Shown here: positions 1-7,150 of the stretch, piece by piece | Position numbering within the stretch: position 1 is the first letter of the stretch | Layout of the letters: the number at the start of each line of letters is the position of its first letter | From: a virus | Taxonomy: Duplodnaviria; Heunggongvirae; Uroviricota; Caudoviricetes | Virus record (IMG/VR): IMGVR_UViG_3300045988_124840 | Length of the DNA: 16,108 nucleotides | Direction: 5' to 3' (one strand) | The notes under the pieces: generated by a model | Told to the model about the DNA's origin: nothing | Seen by the model: the letters and a program-made list of their open reading frames with translations, nothing else | Databases searched by the model: none | Translations under genes and position numbers: made by a program

Positions 1-28
1 CGGTTACCAGAGATAGGGCTTATGCATA

Positions 29-55
29 AAAAAATAAGCCCGTGTAAGGGAGATT
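29..55. repeat. 27-bp P2-type attachment core, left copy (att junction next to int)
   Basis: AAAAAATAAGCCCGTGTAAGGGAGATT is present here and again, identically, at 16054..16080. It matches the P2 attP/attB core as I remember it and sits beside the 3' end of int. Confidence 0.85.
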
Positions 56-134
56 TAGGGTGTCACCAGTAGGGGCTTTCAACGGTACAATGCGGGTTTG
101 AGCGGCATAAATTACCACTGAAAGCCCTTAAACG

Positions 135-1148
135 TTACTCTACTGTGGACACTGTGTGGACACTCTCGACCTCAGTACCACCTCTTAGCGGATTAAGAGA
201 AATGGCGTCCTGAAGGTACTCTGGCGCAAAATGAGCGTAAACCATAGTTTGCTCAATCCGCGTGTGACCTAGTATCCGTTGTAGCGTGATAATACTTCCT
301 CCATTAATCATGAAATGAGTGGCAAAGCTGTGCCTTAGTGCATGTGTAGCTTGCCCCATTGGCAAATCCGGTTTTATTGCTTTCATTGTTCGTCTGAAGC
401 GAGGGTAATCAGCATCAGGGAATAAAAAACCTCGTTTGTTATCCGCGATCATTTTGGCAACAGCCTCTGAGATCGGGACGGTGCGTGGTTTGTTTGTTTT
501 CGTTTTAACAAACGTGACGCGGTTATGGATGATATTTTCTGCTTTCAAACGAGCTGCTTCTCCCCAACGTGCTCCAGTACTCAGGCAAAGAATCGCAATC
601 TTTTTGTTGTCGCCGTCAAGAGCAGCAAGCAGTAAGGCAATTTCTTCCTGCGTGAGATAGCCTGTGTCTGGTTTTTCCTCCTTAAGCCTTTTTGTCCCTC
701 TGATAGGGTGCTCACCAAAGAATAACTCCGCTTCAATCAGGGCTGTAAACATGCCGCTAATACATGTTAAATCACGATTGATACTCGAAGGTTTAATACC
801 CTGACTTCTTCGGGTGGCGCAGTACTGGCTGATAAGCGATTTCGTAATTTGAAATGCGCATGGGTCATTCGTTATTTTTGTGAAGATTTCAATTTTCCCA
901 AGATTAGATTTCCCATGCTCTTCGTGTTTACCCTTTAAATCCCACCAGATCTGTGTCAGCTCCGACAGACGTCGCTTGTCTGTTGGTTTTGATAGCCATT
1001 CTTTATTGTGGTGGTTGTACAACGTGTATTTCTCGAAAGCGACAGCTTCGCTTTTCTTATCAAACTTCCTACGGATGCGTTTTCCATTACGTCCAGTAGG
1101 GCGGATGTCCACTTCATATCGACCATCATCGAGTTTTTTGATTGCCAT
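135..1148 (-). CDS. int: P2-type tyrosine integrase (337 aa)
   Basis: 337-aa ORF with ATG at 1148. The C-terminal region has the tyrosine-recombinase pattern (ATHALRHSFATHF ... LGHTRIEQTMVYAHF). Size and position next to the att core, divergent from C, match P2 Int. Confidence 0.93.
   Translation of the reverse strand: MAIKKLDDGRYEVDIRPTGRNGKRIRRKFDKKSEAVAFEKYTLYNHHNKEWLSKPTDKRRLSELTQIWWDLKGKHEEHGKSNLGKIEIFTKITNDPCAFQITKSLISQYCATRRSQGIKPSSINRDLTCISGMFTALIEAELFFGEHPIRGTKRLKEEKPDTGYLTQEEIALLLAALDGDNKKIAILCLSTGARWGEAARLKAENIIHNRVTFVKTKTNKPRTVPISEAVAKMIADNKRGFLFPDADYPRFRRTMKAIKPDLPMGQATHALRHSFATHFMINGGSIITLQRILGHTRIEQTMVYAHFAPEYLQDAISLNPLRGGTEVESVHTVSTVE
144..163. promoter_or_regulatory. Tandem TGTGGACAC repeats, putative Int arm-type binding sites inside the int 3' end
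   Basis: TGTGGACAC occurs at 144..152 and 155..163, an 11-bp period. A similar pair, TGTGGTCA / TGTGGACG, lies at the other prophage end (15995..16013). Confidence 0.5.
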
Positions 1149-1263
1149 CAGAAAACCCTCCGAGTGGTGTGTTTTTTTGCGACTACTAATCGCTTTTTTC
1201 GTGGTGGCTGAAATTTAGCCACCAATAGTAGGCACTTGTGATGAATATATTCACGATGAATTG

Positions 1264-1563
1264 TTAACCAGTCTTTTGACCGGAGTGGGGCGACGTTGTT
1301 TCGTTTTGCCCAAAGTGTGCGAGAGCGGGCGCAATTTGCCCGGACTCAGGAGCGATCTGATTGGTCATGAACCATAAAGTGTATTTGGTGAATTGTGGGG
1401 TCTGCAGGATGTTCATCATGACATCTGTTGGAGGTGTTGAACGACCACTTTCATAGTAACTCAGCGTGCCATACGGAACCCCTGTTAAATCAGCAAGTTG
1501 TTGTCTGCTCAAATACTCTGATTTTCGCATTAAGACTATCTTCTCGCTTATCGTGTTTGACAT
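1264..1563 (-). CDS. C: Immunity repressor C (99 aa, helix-turn-helix)
   Basis: 99-aa ORF with ATG at 1563, divergent from cox. N-terminal HTH-like segment LSRQQLADLTGVPYGTLSYYE. Size and position match P2 repressor C. Confidence 0.9.
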   Translation of the reverse strand: MSNTISEKIVLMRKSEYLSRQQLADLTGVPYGTLSYYESGRSTPPTDVMMNILQTPQFTKYTLWFMTNQIAPESGQIAPALAHFGQNETTSPHSGQKTG

Positions 1564-1677
1564 GGTGTTTAGATCTCAATAGTATTTAGTTTAGATGTAG
1601 ATTGTTTAGTGCTTGGATGTGGGCACTAAAAGGCATTATAAGACATTAAACGCAATTCATGAGGGCTAGAGGACGAC
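1564..1677. promoter_or_regulatory. Lysogeny/lytic switch region between C and cox (Pe/Pc promoters with repressor operator repeats)
   Basis: Intergenic region between divergent C and cox. TTTAG(A/T) motifs recur at 1568, 1585, 1590 and 1605; TTTAGAT at 1568..1574 and 1590..1596 are 22 bp apart. Purine-rich RBS GAGGGCTAGAGGA precedes the cox ATG. Exact -35/-10 hexamers not assigned. Confidence 0.6.
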
Positions 1678-1953
1678 ATGAGCAAGCAAGTAACACTCAT
1701 GACTGATGCGATTCCTTATCAGGAGTTCGCAAAACTAATAGGAAAATCGACAGGAGCGGTTCGTCGGATGATCGATAAAGGAAAGCTGCCTGTAATTGAT
1801 ATGACCGATCCACAATCAGCTTCAGGTCGTGCAGGTGAATATTGGGTATACCTTCCGGCATGGAATAACGGACTAAAACTGGCTTATGAAAGCCGCCCTA
1901 AAGAGATTCGTGACGGCTGGTTGATGTGGTTAGGTCTCGGTGAACCACGTTAA
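1678..1953 (+). CDS. cox: Cox (91 aa): excision directionality factor and repressor of Pc
   Basis: 91-aa ORF, first gene of the rightward early operon, ATG at 1678 with upstream RBS. Size and position match P2 Cox. Confidence 0.9.
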   Translation: MSKQVTLMTDAIPYQEFAKLIGKSTGAVRRMIDKGKLPVIDMTDPQSASGRAGEYWVYLPAWNNGLKLAYESRPKEIRDGWLMWLGLGEPR

Positions 1954-1963
1954 GGAGAACCGT

Positions 1964-2134
1964 ATGAATGAGCCTCGTTGTATTGCTCAGTTACTGCGTA
2001 ACGAAAGCCCCAGGGCGATTGACTTCACCATCACCCACGGTAAGGGGCGTAAGGGAATCATTATCCGCACCAAAAAACAGAGTCCGTTAAAAAAGGCTCT
2101 GACCTTTCTGAAAAGCCGGAGGGTATGGAAATGA
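1964..2134 (+). CDS. Small early protein (P2 orf78-like, 56 aa)
   Basis: ATG at 1964 is preceded by AAGGAG (1952..1957). The track start at 1940 is GTG inside the cox 3' end. The stop overlaps the B start (ATGA). Confidence 0.7.
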   Translation: MNEPRCIAQLLRNESPRAIDFTITHGKGRKGIIIRTKKQSPLKKALTFLKSRRVWK

Positions 2135-2631
2135 CAGTGATGACGCTCAATCTCGTTGAAAAACAGCCAGCAGCTATGCGCCGGATAATTGGCAAGCATC
2201 TTGCCGTCCCTCGCTGGCAGGATACATGTGATTATTATAATCAGATGATGGAGCGCGAACGGCTAACGGTTTGCTTTCATGCACAGTTAAAACAGCGTCA
2301 CGCAACGATGCGTTTTGAAGAAATGAACGACGTCGAACGTGAACGGCTGGTTTGTGCAATTGATGAATTGCGTGGGGCATTCTCAAAACGCCGTCAGGTC
2401 GGCGCAAGTGAGTATGCATATATTAGTTTTTTAACAGTCAGTCAGCGTCGCACTTTATTTATGCACGCACGACTGACAGAAAAAGAATTCAACCAGCCAT
2501 ACTGGCGAATTAATGAAGAATCATGTTACTGGCGTGATGCTTTATTCCGTGCATTACGTGAATTATTCAGCCTGTTTGAGTATGCACCGACAATTCTGAC
2601 GTCGGTAAAACCAGAGCAATATCTGCATTAA
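2131..2631 (+). CDS. B: Replication protein B (166 aa; helicase-loader-like early protein)
   Basis: ATG at 2131 overlapping the orf78 stop, with GGAGGG RBS upstream. The 166-aa length matches P2 B. The track start at 2125 adds two residues. Confidence 0.85.
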   Translation: MTVMTLNLVEKQPAAMRRIIGKHLAVPRWQDTCDYYNQMMERERLTVCFHAQLKQRHATMRFEEMNDVERERLVCAIDELRGAFSKRRQVGASEYAYISFLTVSQRRTLFMHARLTEKEFNQPYWRINEESCYWRDALFRALRELFSLFEYAPTILTSVKPEQYLH

Positions 2632-2694
2632 GTAATTAATCAGAGTTTTTAACGCACTTAATTGTGCGGGGCTTCTTTTTGCCTGGAGAACGTC

Positions 2695-2919
2695 ATGCAT
2701 ACAGTTTCCGAAAATCAGTGCGGTAAATACGCATTACTGCTGCAACAGGCCAGAACCGAAGCACAGGCCGACGCAGCGACGCGCTTTTCTTCTCATCTTG
2801 ACGCCATGATTCGCCACATCACAAAGGCGGAGTTATCCCGCGTGGAGATAGTCGAGCTGCTCAGTCAGGAGTCGGAAAAATTTCACAATATCGGATTGTC
2901 TCGCGGGGAGGTGCTTTGA
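2695..2919 (+). CDS. Small early protein (P2 orf80-like, 74 aa)
   Basis: ATG at 2695 preceded by GGAGA. The track start at 2662 is TTG. The stop overlaps the next start. Confidence 0.65.
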   Translation: MHTVSENQCGKYALLLQQARTEAQADAATRFSSHLDAMIRHITKAELSRVEIVELLSQESEKFHNIGLSRGEVL

Positions 2920-3221
2920 TGTCCTGTTCTCGTTCAGTTGTATTACTGAATAACGCCTTAAAAATCACCGTTATGAAAAATGGCGATTTATCTCTTATTC
3001 AACTTGGTCTTGATAAAGAAAAACGCGAAATAACTGAGTCTGTTATCGCGATTTATCAGAACGAATTAAATCTCCTGTCTGATGTGGTCAATTTACTTGT
3101 TAAACGCGCTGTATTTCACAAGCAAATCTCCTCCGTGGATGAACTGACGAAATTAACGACAGAAATTGCCAGCTATTGCGCTGATGAATTTAAAAAACTT
3201 AACGACAAAAGGAGCTGGTAA
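2919..3221 (+). CDS. Small early protein (P2 orf81-like, 100 aa)
   Basis: ATG at 2919 overlapping the upstream TGA, with GGGGAGG RBS. Translationally coupled chain of small ORFs. Confidence 0.65.
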   Translation: MSCSRSVVLLNNALKITVMKNGDLSLIQLGLDKEKREITESVIAIYQNELNLLSDVVNLLVKRAVFHKQISSVDELTKLTTEIASYCADEFKKLNDKRSW

Positions 3222-3445
3222 TGCCGGACAACGTAGATTTTATTCAGGAACAACAGGCTGAATTACTGGAGCGTCAGATTAACGCGGCAAGGGTAAAACA
3301 TTGCGGTGCTTCTGCGCTGGTTTGCGAAGAGTGTGACGCGCCAATACCTGCTGCCCGTCGTGCGGCTTACCCGTCAGCCACGCGTTGTGTTTCCTGTCAG
3401 TCAGTCTTTGAAGCAAAAAACAAACATTACCGGAGAACGGCATGA
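3221..3445 (+). CDS. DksA/TraR-type C4 zinc-finger protein (P2 orf82-like, 74 aa)
   Basis: Two CxxC pairs (CEEC ... CVSC) separated by about 17 residues, the TraR/DksA zinc-finger pattern. GGAG RBS, TAATG stop/start overlap with orf81. Confidence 0.75.
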   Translation: MPDNVDFIQEQQAELLERQINAARVKHCGASALVCEECDAPIPAARRAAYPSATRCVSCQSVFEAKNKHYRRTA

Positions 3446-3717
3446 GTATTCGTATTGAAATTGGCGAACGTTATGTCGTTACCAGTGACAGCTTTCAGTT
3501 TATTCTCCACGAGAAAAAGAGAGCGGAAAGCGGTAAAAACGCCGGTCAGGAATGGCTGGCGGTGGTTGGTTATTACCCGAAATTAAGCCAGCTCGTTTCC
3601 GGCCTGATGCATCACGATATTCTGACCGGAAGCGCAAAGTCTTTTGCTGATTTAAACGCGCAGGTTGAGCAACTCAGCAAGCGTTGTTCAGAGGCTTTTG
3701 GCTCATATGGCCGTTAA
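3442..3717 (+). CDS. Small early protein (P2 orf83-like, 91 aa)
   Basis: ATG at 3442 overlaps the orf82 stop (ATGA). Its 3' end overlaps the start of A. Confidence 0.65.
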   Translation: MSIRIEIGERYVVTSDSFQFILHEKKRAESGKNAGQEWLAVVGYYPKLSQLVSGLMHHDILTGSAKSFADLNAQVEQLSKRCSEAFGSYGR

Positions 3718-5983
3718 AGCCTCCGGGCGTTTTGTCCCTCCGTCAGCATTTGCCGCAGGCACCGGTAAGACGTTTACCGGTGCTTATGCATGGAACGCGC
3801 CACGCGAGGCTGTCGGGCGCGAAAGACCCCTTACACGTGACGAGATGCGTCAGGTGCAAGGTGTTTTATCCACGATTAATCGCCAGCCTTACTTTTTGCG
3901 CTCGCTGTTTACTTCACGCTATGACTACATCCGGCGCAATAAAAGCCCGGTGCACGGGTTTTATTTCCTCACATCCACTTTTCAGCGTCGTTTATGGCCG
4001 CGCATTGAGCGCGTTAATCAGCGCCATGAAATGAACACCGACGCGTCGTTGCTGTTTCTGGCAGAGCGTGACCACTATGCGCGCCTGCCTGGAATGAATG
4101 ACAAGGAGCTGAAAAAGTTTGCCGCCCGTATCTCATCGCAGCTTTTCATAATGTATGAGGAACTCTGCGATGCCTGGGTGGATGCGCATGGCGAGAAAGA
4201 ATCGCTGTTTACGGATGAGGCGCAGGCTCACCTGTATGGTCATGTTGCTGGCGCTGCACGTGCTTTCAATATTTCCCCGCTCTACTGGAAAAAATACCGT
4301 AAAGGACAGATGACCACGAGGCAGGCATATTCTGCCATTGCCCGCCTGTTTAACGATGAGTGGTGGACTCATCAGCTTAAAGGCCAGCGTATGCGCTGGC
4401 ATGAGGCGTTACTGATTGCTGTCGGGGAGGTCAATAAAGACCGTTCTCCTTATGCCAGTAAACATGCCATTCGTGATGTGCGTGCACGCCGCCAGGCAAA
4501 TCTGGAATTTCTTAAATCGTGTGACCTTGAAAACAGGGAAACCGGCGAGCGCATCGACCTTATCAGTAAGGTGATGGGCAGTATTTCTAATCCTGAAATT
4601 CGCCGGATGGAGCTGATGAACACCATTGCCGGTATTGAGCGTTACGCCGCAGCAGAGGGTGATGTGGGGATGTTTATCACGCTGACCGCGCCGTCAAAGT
4701 ATCACCCGACACGTCAGGTCGGAAAAGGCGAAAGTAAAACCGTCCAGCTAAATCACGGCTGGAACGATGAGGCATTTAATCCAAAGGATGCGCAGCGTTA
4801 TCTCTGCCATATCTGGAGCCTGATGCGCACGGCATTCAAGGATAATGATTTACAGGTCTACGGTTTGCGTGTCGTCGAGCCACACCACGACGGAACGCCG
4901 CACTGGCATATGATGCTTTTTTGTAATCCACGCCAGCGTAACCAGATTATTGAAATCATGCGTCGCTATGCGCTCAAAGAGGATGGCGACGAAAGAGGAG
5001 CCGCGCGAAACCGTTTTCAGGCAAAACACCTTAACCGGGGCGGTGCTGCGGGATATATCGCGAAATACATCTCAAAAAACATCGACGGCTATGCACTGGA
5101 TGGTCAGCTCGATAATGATACCGGTAGGCCGCTGAAAGACACAGCTGCGGCTGTTACCGCATGGGCGTCAACGTGGCGCATTCCGCAATTTAAAACGGTT
5201 GGTCTGCCGACAATGGGGGCTTACCGTGAACTACGCAAATTGCCTCGCGGCGTCAGCATTGCTGATGAGTTTGACGAGCGCGTCGAGGCTGCACGCGCCG
5301 CTGCAGACAGTGGTGATTTTGCGTTGTATATCAGCGCGCAGGGCGGGGCAAATGTCCCGCGCGATTGTCAGACTGTCAGGGTCGCCCGTAGCCCGTCGGA
5401 TGACGTTAACGAGTACGAGGAAGAAGTCGAGAGAGTGGTCGGCATTTACGCGCCGCATCTCGGCGCGCGTCATATTCATATCACCAGAACGACGGACTGG
5501 CGCATTGTTCCGAAAGTGCCGGTCGTTGAGCCTTTGACTTTAAAAAGCGGCATCGCCGCGCCTCGGAGTCCTGTCAATAACTGTGGAAAGCTCACCGGTG
5601 GTGATACTTCGTTACCGGCTCCCACACCTTCTGAGCACGCCGCAGCCGTGCTTAATCTGGTTGATGACGGTGTTATCGAATGGAATGACCCGGAGGTCGT
5701 GAGGGCGCTCAGGGGCGCATTAAAACACGGCCTGAGAACACCAAACCGTCAGCAAAGAAACGGAAGCCCGTTAAAACCGAATGAAATAGCGCCATCGGCC
5801 AGGCTGACCCGGTCGGAGCGTATGCAAATTACCCGTATCCGCGTTGACCTTGCTCAGAACGGTATCAGGCCGCAGCGATGGGAGCTTGAGGCGCTGGCGC
5901 GTGGCGCGACCGTAAATTATTACGGGAAATCTTTCAATTATCAGGTCGCTGATGAGTGGCCTGGATTTTTGTTACCCATTTGA
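3707..5983 (+). CDS. A: Rolling-circle replication initiator/endonuclease A (HUH superfamily)
   Basis: Long ORF with an HUH-type motif (PHWHMMLF) and paired tyrosines (GYIAKYISKN), typical of P2 gpA-type nicking proteins. Start placed at the first ATG (3707, MAVKAS...). The track's 3665 start is TTG; an in-frame TTG at 3698 is also possible. Confidence 0.9.
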   Translation: MAVKASGRFVPPSAFAAGTGKTFTGAYAWNAPREAVGRERPLTRDEMRQVQGVLSTINRQPYFLRSLFTSRYDYIRRNKSPVHGFYFLTSTFQRRLWPRIERVNQRHEMNTDASLLFLAERDHYARLPGMNDKELKKFAARISSQLFIMYEELCDAWVDAHGEKESLFTDEAQAHLYGHVAGAARAFNISPLYWKKYRKGQMTTRQAYSAIARLFNDEWWTHQLKGQRMRWHEALLIAVGEVNKDRSPYASKHAIRDVRARRQANLEFLKSCDLENRETGERIDLISKVMGSISNPEIRRMELMNTIAGIERYAAAEGDVGMFITLTAPSKYHPTRQVGKGESKTVQLNHGWNDEAFNPKDAQRYLCHIWSLMRTAFKDNDLQVYGLRVVEPHHDGTPHWHMMLFCNPRQRNQIIEIMRRYALKEDGDERGAARNRFQAKHLNRGGAAGYIAKYISKNIDGYALDGQLDNDTGRPLKDTAAAVTAWASTWRIPQFKTVGLPTMGAYRELRKLPRGVSIADEFDERVEAARAAADSGDFALYISAQGGANVPRDCQTVRVARSPSDDVNEYEEEVERVVGIYAPHLGARHIHITRTTDWRIVPKVPVVEPLTLKSGIAAPRSPVNNCGKLTGGDTSLPAPTPSEHAAAVLNLVDDGVIEWNDPEVVRALRGALKHGLRTPNRQQRNGSPLKPNEIAPSARLTRSERMQITRIRVDLAQNGIRPQRWELEALARGATVNYYGKSFNYQVADEWPGFLLPI

Positions 5984-6243
5984 GTAAAAATGCAGCGTGA
6001 TTTTATATGCCTTTGAATGGATTATGCGAAGCGCCTCTAAGGCAGATGAGGAGCAATAGCATGCTGAAGTAGAAGGCTAAATTGTATTGAATCGCTAGCA
6101 TGTAATTTAAAGCAGCTATTTGATTCGAGTCATAAAAGAGCATCTATTTCGGCTAATAAAACCATTGCGAGTGACCTTTTGTCGAAGCATAATTCATCTC
6201 GAGCGAAGTCTTGCTAGTCTTTCATCGGAATGATGACAGGCGC

Positions 6244-6273
6244 AAAAAAACCACCCTGGCAGGTGGTTTTTTT
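6244..6273. terminator. Bidirectional intrinsic terminator
   Basis: AAAAAAACCACC / CTGGCA loop / GGTGGTTTTTTT: a perfect hairpin flanked by an A-tract and a T-tract, so it can terminate in either direction. It lies downstream of A (+) and directly downstream of the minus-strand small ORF at 6286..6399. Confidence 0.8.
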
Positions 6274-6285
6274 GTTTGAAGCATA

Positions 6286-6399
6286 CTAAAGAATAATACT
6301 TACATGGATATTACTGACGTTTACTGACAAACCACTTGGACTACCATATGGATAGCCAAAGAGGGCCAGAACGAGAATGCAGTAATAGCACTTCTTCAT
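6286..6399 (-). CDS. Hypothetical small hydrophobic peptide (37 aa, MKKCYYCILVLALFGYPYGSPSGLSVNVSNIHVSIIL)
   Basis: Not in the ORF track (too short). ATG at 6399..6397 is preceded on the minus strand by a near-consensus RBS AGGAGG with a 4-nt spacer. Hydrophobic N-terminal stretch; TAG stop at 6288..6286 followed by the terminator. Hand-translated. Confidence 0.4.
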   Translation of the reverse strand: MKKCYYCILVLALFGYPYGSPSGLSVNVSNIHVSIIL

Positions 6400-6971
6400 A
6401 TCTCCTCCTGTAAGCAGAGGGCAATTTCCGCCGATATATGCGCTTCTAAGGCGGAGTTACTATTTAGCGAAGTCTTGCCCTGAAATAATGCTCTGTTTAA
6501 ACGCAAAGTGATCTGGCATATCACCGAACAGAGAGCCTGAACAACACAACATATAGTATGTCGTTGTTTCTGGTTGCATTTTATGTTGTGTAATCCTGGT
6601 TTTGCATCAAGGATGTTTGAGCTTTTTTTGATATAGCTCAAAGTAAAAAGCAGAGACTACGGATGATAAGGTATTGAAAGCAATGTAAATTTTTTAAAGT
6701 TATTGGCGGCTAAAAAATGCACGGTTTCAATATGGTGGACTTAAATAAGCAATTAAAAAAGTCATAAATATCACTAAAATCATGGTGTTACGTTTTTTTT
6801 GTGGGAGCTGCGGTGACGCTTAAGTTGATTTGTCATTAAATAAGCCGTGCATGCAACAAGTGAATGTTTTTGCATGCGTCGGGGATGCCCGTTCCGGCTG
6901 CTTGCGGTCAGAGCTGGTGCGGATCCATAGTATCTATGCAACTGCATTAAAACCGCCACATGAAGCGGGCG

Positions 6972-6990
6972 GGCGAGGCGGGGAAAGCAC
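6972..6990. other. cos site: 19-nt P2-type cohesive end GGCGAGGCGGGGAAAGCAC
   Basis: Exact match to the P2/P4 cohesive-end sequence as I remember it. It is flanked on the left by a GC-richer segment (about 6800..6971), consistent with the cosR packaging region. Confidence 0.8.
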
Positions 6991-7150
6991 TGCGCGCAAA
7001 ATGTTCTTGAAATATTTGTGACATAAGCTAAGACACAAAATGATTGAAGGGCAGAGCAAATCCTACAGTCCTATGCTATTGTCTCATGTAATGCAGATAA
7101 GTTGAAAATTATCTTAAAATATAAGAGTAAAGACATTAAAAGGATTGGTT

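Larger units (their letters stand above)
6031..6478. repeat. Short direct repeats in the AT-rich A–cos cargo segment
   Basis: GCGCCTCTAAGGCAGA (6031..6046) versus GCGCTTCTAAGGCGGA (6440..6455), 14/16 identical. AGCGAAGTCTTGC is exact at 6201..6213 and 6466..6478. In the left copy the two motifs are about 155 bp apart, in the right copy about 11 bp apart. Confidence 0.6.

Noticed and set aside
436-1218. Plus-strand ORFs 436..660, 880..1218 and 1008..1211 inside int
   Set aside because: They lie antisense to the well-supported integrase gene and have no RBS or recognisable motifs. Typical spurious frames.
1940-2419. Extended or alternative frames around orf78/B (track starts 1940 GTG and 2125; minus ORFs 1987..2199 and 2174..2419)
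   Set aside because: Non-ATG or RBS-less starts, or antisense to B. Downstream ATGs with proper Shine-Dalgarno spacing give the expected P2 sizes.
3665-5537. TTG-initiated 772-aa version of A, and internal/antisense ORFs 3684..4034, 4133..4402, 4950..5135, 5199..5537 and 5231..5479
   Set aside because: The TTG start at 3665 lies inside orf83. The nested and antisense frames overlap the A coding frame, which has the HUH/Tyr motifs and is clearly the real one.
6396-6641. 81-codon minus-strand ORF upstream of the small peptide
   Set aside because: It would need a TTG start and has no internal ATG, and its Cys-rich sequence looks non-protein-like. Kept only as a possible untranslated leader or overlapping frame in the small-ORF finding, not called as a CDS.
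6830-7021. 63-codon plus-strand ORF spanning the cos site
   Set aside because: It runs across the packaging and cohesive-end region and has no RBS. More likely non-coding cos-flanking sequence.
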